From the NCBI GenBank assembly GCA_035651215.1, contig DASRGE010000041.1, positions 9,159 to 73,158 on the forward strand: a stretch of DNA of 64,000 nucleotides. The letters run 5' to 3'. The stretch's first letter is position 1, and every line of letters starts with the position of its first letter. A model generated the notes under the pieces. It made no database searches and was not told the origin of the DNA. It saw nothing but the letters and a program-made list of their open reading frames with translations. This DNA comes from Bryobacteraceae bacterium. GTDB taxonomy: Bacteria; Acidobacteriota; Terriglobia; Bryobacterales; Bryobacteraceae. This document shows positions 59,874 through 64,000 of this stretch, in pieces. Position numbers and translations under genes: made by a program.

Positions 59874-61250
59874 GTGCAGGTGTACTGGCGCTGGCTGGTT
59901 CCGCTTGCATCCGGAGTGCTGATTTTCTTAATCAGCCATCAGGCGCTGCTGGCGTTCTTCGTCGCGACCGTCATTGGGCTGGTGACGCAGCCGGTCCCGA
60001 TGGCCGTAGTGGTCCTCACTGCAATGACGGCGCTCGCGCTGACCAGGACATTATCTCCGGCGGCGGTTCTCTCCGGTTTTAGCGACCCAACCGTCTGGCT
60101 CATCTTCACCGCCTTCTTGTTTTCGCGTGCCGTCACTAGCACGCGATTGGGCGCCCGTGTCGCGTATTTTTTTATCGCGAAATTCGGCAAAAATGCGCTG
60201 TCGCTTGGATACTCGATTGCGGCATCGGACCTGATTCTCGCGCCGTTTGTGCCCTCCGATACGGCGCGCGGCGGCGGCATCGTTTGCCCCATCACGAAAT
60301 CGGTTGCACAGGCGGTCGGCTCGGAGCCCGGACCGACGGCGCGGAAGATGGGCGCTTTTCTGATGCTGGTCGCGTTTCATACAACGTATGTGGCCTCTGC
60401 CATGTTTCTGACCGGCATGGCATCGAACCCGCTCGCGGCGGACTTCGCCTCAAAGATCGGTCACGTGGACCTGACCTGGCTGAAATGGTTCGCGGGCGCG
60501 ATTGTTCCGGGCGCGCTCTCGCTGCTCACGGTGCCGTATTTGATCTATCGGCTGCATCCGCCCGAGATCCAGCACACCGAGGCGGCGCGCGCGCACGCAC
60601 AGAGAGAGCTCGCATGCATGGGCGCAGTCAGCAGCTCAGAACGCATTCTGATGGTCATCATGTTGGCCGTGATGGCCGGATGGGTCACCTCGCCCTGGCA
60701 TCACATTCCCAACGCGTTCGTTGCGCTGGCGGGTGTTTCGGCGATCTTGATCTGCCGCGTGCTGACGTGGAATGAGCTTTTGTCGGAAGGGCGCGCGTGG
60801 GATGCGCTGATCTGGTTCGCGCCACTCATCATGATGGCGGATGAGCTGAACCGGCAGGGCGTCATTCGCAGCTTAACCAGCCCGCTGTTTCATTACAGCT
60901 CGGTGCTTCCCTGGGGCGCTGCGTTTGTGCTGCTCATCTTGAGCTATCTGTATGTTCATTATGCATTCGCGAGCATGACCGCGCACCTGACAGCGCTGTA
61001 TCCGGGATTCCTGGCAGCGGCGCTGGCGTGCGGTGTGCCGCCGCTGATTGCCGCGTTCGGCTTGGCTTACTTTTCCAATCTGGATGCGGGCCTGACCCAT
61101 TACGGGACGGGATCGGCTCCCGTTTATTTCGGTACCGGGTATGTCAGCCAGGCAACTTGGTGGAAGCTCGGTTTTGTGATTTCGATTGTGAATAGTATTT
61201 TTTGGCTGGGCATTGGAACGGCGTGGTGGAAATTGATTGGTTTGTGGTGA
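59874..61250 (+). CDS. DASS-family anion permease (divalent anion:Na+ symporter / dicarboxylate exchanger-like)
   Basis: 458 aa and polytopic. The hairpin-tip-like motifs are PSDTARGGGIV and SNLDAGLTHYGTGSAP. Confidence 0.8.
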   Translation: MQVYWRWLVPLASGVLIFLISHQALLAFFVATVIGLVTQPVPMAVVVLTAMTALALTRTLSPAAVLSGFSDPTVWLIFTAFLFSRAVTSTRLGARVAYFFIAKFGKNALSLGYSIAASDLILAPFVPSDTARGGGIVCPITKSVAQAVGSEPGPTARKMGAFLMLVAFHTTYVASAMFLTGMASNPLAADFASKIGHVDLTWLKWFAGAIVPGALSLLTVPYLIYRLHPPEIQHTEAARAHAQRELACMGAVSSSERILMVIMLAVMAGWVTSPWHHIPNAFVALAGVSAILICRVLTWNELLSEGRAWDALIWFAPLIMMADELNRQGVIRSLTSPLFHYSSVLPWGAAFVLLILSYLYVHYAFASMTAHLTALYPGFLAAALACGVPPLIAAFGLAYFSNLDAGLTHYGTGSAPVYFGTGYVSQATWWKLGFVISIVNSIFWLGIGTAWWKLIGLW

Positions 61251-61260
61251 CTGTCACTTT

Positions 61261-62424
61261 ATGAGAATTACTGAAATACGCGATCTGGTTGTTCCGATTA
61301 AATCGGCGATTAGCAATGCATTCATCAGTTTTGCCGACATGACAGCCTCGGCCATTGCGATCCATACCGATGTGGTGCGCGGCGGCAAGCCGGTGATCGG
61401 GTACGGTTTCAACTCGAATGGCCGTTATGCGCAGCAAGGAATTCTGCGCGAGCGCATCTTCCCGCGGCTGCTGCGCGCGAAGCCGGAATCGCTTCTGAAC
61501 GAAGACGGCAGCAACCTCGAACCTGAGAAAGTCTGGCGCGTGATGATGACGAACGAAAAGCCGGGCGGCCATGGAGACCGTTCCGTGGCGGTGGGCGCGA
61601 CGGACATGGCGATATGGGATGCAGTCGCGAAAATCGAGGGCAAGCCGCTGTACCGAGTATTAGCAGAACGCTATCGGGGCGGGGAAGCGGATGATCACGT
61701 GGCCGTGTATGCTGCCGGAGGTTATTACTATCCCGGCAAAGACATCTCGGCACTGACGGACGAAATGCGCTCGTATCTAAATCTCGGCTACACCGAAGTC
61801 AAGATGAAGATCGGCGGAGCGCCACTCAAGGAAGATCTGGCGCGGATTGAAGCCGTGCTGAAGCTGCTGCCGGAGGGCCGCCGCCTTGCAGTGGATGCCA
61901 ATGGCCGTTTTGGCCGGAACACGGCTCTCGAATACGCTCAGGCGCTCGCTCCGTACAAGTTGAAGTGGTATGAGGAACCGGGCGATCCGCTCGATTTCAA
62001 GCTGCTGGCGGAGGTGGCGCAGGCTTCGCCCACGCCGATCGCGACGGGCGAGAACCTGTTCTCGACGCAGGAGGCGCAGAATCTGATTCGCTACGGAGGC
62101 TTGAATCCGCAGACGGACTCTCTGCAAATGGACCCGGCTCTGAGCTATGGCGTGACCGAGTACATTCGAACCCTGCGCATGTTGAAAGACGAGGGCTGGT
62201 CGGCGCGGCGCTGCGTTCCTCATGGCGGGCATCAATTCGCGCTCAATATCGCGGCCGGATTGGGCCTCGGCGGAAATGAATCGTATCCAGGCGTATTTCT
62301 GCCGTTTGGCGGTTTCGCGGATGAGCCGCCGATTGAAAACGGATTTGCGCGGCTTCCGGACGCGCCGGGGATCGGGATTGAGCGGAATTCGGATCTGTAC
62401 GAACTGTTTCGGACAATTTCCTGA
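61261..62424 (+). CDS. enolase-superfamily (mandelate racemase/MLE) dehydratase, D-tartrate dehydratase-like
   Basis: In-frame ATG 61261. The KMKIGG, VDANG and YEEPG metal-ligand strand motifs are present, with a C-terminal HGGH. Confidence 0.8.
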   Translation: MRITEIRDLVVPIKSAISNAFISFADMTASAIAIHTDVVRGGKPVIGYGFNSNGRYAQQGILRERIFPRLLRAKPESLLNEDGSNLEPEKVWRVMMTNEKPGGHGDRSVAVGATDMAIWDAVAKIEGKPLYRVLAERYRGGEADDHVAVYAAGGYYYPGKDISALTDEMRSYLNLGYTEVKMKIGGAPLKEDLARIEAVLKLLPEGRRLAVDANGRFGRNTALEYAQALAPYKLKWYEEPGDPLDFKLLAEVAQASPTPIATGENLFSTQEAQNLIRYGGLNPQTDSLQMDPALSYGVTEYIRTLRMLKDEGWSARRCVPHGGHQFALNIAAGLGLGGNESYPGVFLPFGGFADEPPIENGFARLPDAPGIGIERNSDLYELFRTIS

Positions 62425-62477
62425 GTTCGGCGTTTTTACGAGCGTTATGTTCGGTAGCCGGTTTGAATCAGATCGGT

Positions 62478-62810
62478 ATGGCAGACGAAACTGGCCGCTC
62501 GGCGACCGACAACATACGGGAGGTAGCGCAGGCGAGCGAAACACTCCTCAAGGCGGGTAAACAGCTCAAAGATAACTTAAGCGAACTGGGCGACCGTGTC
62601 GAGAATGTCACCGAGCGGACTTCGAACGTCTTTAAAGAGTCCATGGTTCGTGCTTATAGTAGCGGCGGGAATCAGCCTTTGGGGATTACAGATGCTCAGG
62701 TCGAGAGGTTAGTTCGGTATGAGCACGGTACCGCCGAACAATCCAGTCGATCCGCTCGAACCAGGGCCGCCGCCGCGCCGTTTCTACCGCCGCTACTGGG
62801 ATACATATAA
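62478..62810 (+). CDS. hypothetical small helical protein
   Basis: The ORF runs from ATG 62478. The first ~80 aa look helical and charged. The last ~30 codons overlap the next ORF and look out of frame, so the 3' end is uncertain. Confidence 0.3.
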   Translation: MADETGRSATDNIREVAQASETLLKAGKQLKDNLSELGDRVENVTERTSNVFKESMVRAYSSGGNQPLGITDAQVERLVRYEHGTAEQSSRSARTRAAAAPFLPPLLGYI

Positions 62811-62955
62811 CCGCCCGTACCCGGGATGCGGGTGTTTGTGGATCATCATCATCATTGCGTTTCTGATCTGGATTTTCTCCTGGGCCGGCGGGTATCGCTG
62901 GTGGGGCGGCAATCCCGCGCCGGGGCCTGGAACCACGACGACTGCTCCGCGGTAG
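62719..62955 (+). CDS. small Pro-rich single-pass membrane protein
   Basis: 78 aa, with a stop 9 nt upstream in frame. It has a Pro-rich N-terminus, a TM helix (CLWIIIIIAFLIWIFSW) and a Gly/Trp/Pro-rich tail. Confidence 0.4.
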   Translation: MSTVPPNNPVDPLEPGPPPRRFYRRYWDTYNRPYPGCGCLWIIIIIAFLIWIFSWAGGYRWWGGNPAPGPGTTTTAPR

Positions 62956-62963
62956 TCGCTTTC

Positions 62964-63875
62964 GTGCCGAGAATACGCCGGTGGGATCTGGCCGCTGCCT
63001 GGGCTGTATTCATTCCTCTGGCGTATATTCCAAACTTCGCTCCTGAACGCAGCATCAATCTGGCGAGCCTCACGATTTTCTGGTCGTTTTTCGCGATGAC
63101 CGGGATTATTCTTTGCGACCAGGTCACGATGGCCCTCGAACATCGGTCGTTATTGCAGGAGAGCACCAGAAGCGGCAGGCCGTGGCTGTCGCTACTGTGT
63201 GTGGGAGCCCTCAGCGGCTTGCTGCTGGACGGAGGCGCGCAATGGCTTGGGAAACTCTGGATCTATCCCTACTGGAACGAAGCCGTATACGGCGGCACGT
63301 TTGTCGTTGGTTTCTGCGCATACTGGCTGGCGACGGCGGAGAGTTATTTAGCTGTCCGGGCGATTCTCCGGCGATGCGCGGGGAAGGAGCGTGTCGCGAC
63401 AACGCCGCGGCGATACGAAACCTGGTTGTTCCGCGCGCTCGGAGCGCTTGGGGCAGCTCTGATTCTGGCGGGAGTCTTTCTTTTGTTGAGCGATTACCAG
63501 CACAACGGCGGGTACCAGTTCGAGATCCGGAAGGCGGTTCCGGTCCGAGTGCATTTCCGCTATTTCCAGATTCTGTTTATTGGAATCTGGCTGGCGCTCG
63601 AATGGGTGCAAGTGGCGCGGGGAGGGGCCTCGTTGCTGAAAACAATTTTCTATGGATGCTGGCAGCCCTTGTGTGCGCTTGTTCTGGCGGCGATTGGCTT
63701 TGGAGCCTTCTGGGAAACGGTGAATGCGTCGCATCATTTCTGGATTTATACGAACTGGCCGCTTTGTCAATGGCGGCTCTTGAGCGTGCCTGGAGTGGTG
63801 CTGTTGACGTGGCCTTTGCAGTATGTGGTGTTTCTGTCGCTGGGATTTGTGGTGGGACGGGATTTGTGGAGTTGA
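62964..63875 (+). CDS. polytopic membrane protein of unknown function
   Basis: GTG 62964 lies just after the upstream stop and is preferred over the tracked start 62826. It has multiple TM helices and a repeated motif (LWIYPYWN and FWIYTNWP). Confidence 0.55.
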   Translation: MPRIRRWDLAAAWAVFIPLAYIPNFAPERSINLASLTIFWSFFAMTGIILCDQVTMALEHRSLLQESTRSGRPWLSLLCVGALSGLLLDGGAQWLGKLWIYPYWNEAVYGGTFVVGFCAYWLATAESYLAVRAILRRCAGKERVATTPRRYETWLFRALGALGAALILAGVFLLLSDYQHNGGYQFEIRKAVPVRVHFRYFQILFIGIWLALEWVQVARGGASLLKTIFYGCWQPLCALVLAAIGFGAFWETVNASHHFWIYTNWPLCQWRLLSVPGVVLLTWPLQYVVFLSLGFVVGRDLWS

Positions 63876-63878
63876 GAC

Positions 63879-63898
63879 CGGCAAATTGCCGCCTCTTT
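63879..63898 (+). terminator. weak terminator-like hairpin
   Basis: CGGCA-aat-TGCCG is followed by CCTCTTT, 4 nt after the stop at 63875. Confidence 0.25.
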
Positions 63899-64000
63899 AG
63901 CGCTCAAATGAGCATCTAATTAAGCGTGAAGCAGGACAATATTTACCGCATTTCCGCGAGGAGAATTAAAGCGGACAGGTTGGCGGACGTAATTCAGGCC

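Overview
This 64-kb window is almost fully coding chromosomal DNA. Hand counts on a few lines give about 60% G+C. Gene content (a PEP-CTERM protein, secreted TldD/PmbA pairs, DUF3108/DUF1844-type genes) suggests an Acidobacteriota-like genome, but that is inference only. I support about 58 protein genes. I recognised no rRNA, tRNA, CRISPR array, transposase, integrase or phage gene.

Recognisable blocks:
- thrC-thrB, converging on an aspartokinase gene.
- argF-argG-argH-argR, preceded by tandem ARG boxes.
- A tightly packed minus-strand envelope operon: psd, pssA, an Asd-like gene, lptE and holA.
- A sulfur module: a CstB-like persulfide dioxygenase-rhodanese fusion followed by a sulfite-oxidase-fold enzyme.
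- A secreted formamidase, a CDF transporter and a dienelactone hydrolase.
- A PEP-CTERM protein behind a long leader, then an SDR.
- A membrane protein plus XRE regulator pair.
- An RND efflux pair flanked on both sides by AT-richer islets of decayed or orphan genes.
- A carboxylesterase, motAB, glcEF, an acyl-CoA dehydrogenase with meaB, and mtnP.
- A GT9-like protein and the unit mazG, DUF3108-like gene, secreted protein.
- ribF, a LacD-type aldolase and ribBA.
- A ferritin-VIT transporter, uvrA, a CPBP protease and mtnA.
- A secreted TldD/TldE-like pair and a fused LptF-LptG permease.
- A DASS transporter with an enolase-superfamily dehydratase, then a small membrane-protein cluster.

I did not find a convincing new multi-gene system such as a defence, toxin or mobile system. 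The observations most worth follow-up are:
- An Asd-fold protein that lacks the catalytic Cys and has Tyr in place of the GHS histidine, embedded in the envelope operon.
- A signal-less SUOX enzyme with an unknown N-terminal domain, coupled to the CstB-like gene.
- An M15 (VanY-like) peptidase gene interrupted by an in-frame TAA and a -1 frame change.
- A split orphan gene and a truncated HAD gene on the other side of the RND cassette.
- A single-ORF LptF-LptG fusion.
- A RibBA whose GTP cyclohydrolase II half looks degenerate.
- An 18-bp inverted repeat bracketing a promoter.
- A 397-nt structured leader in front of the PEP-CTERM gene.

All family calls rest on motifs recalled from memory. 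No database search was possible.
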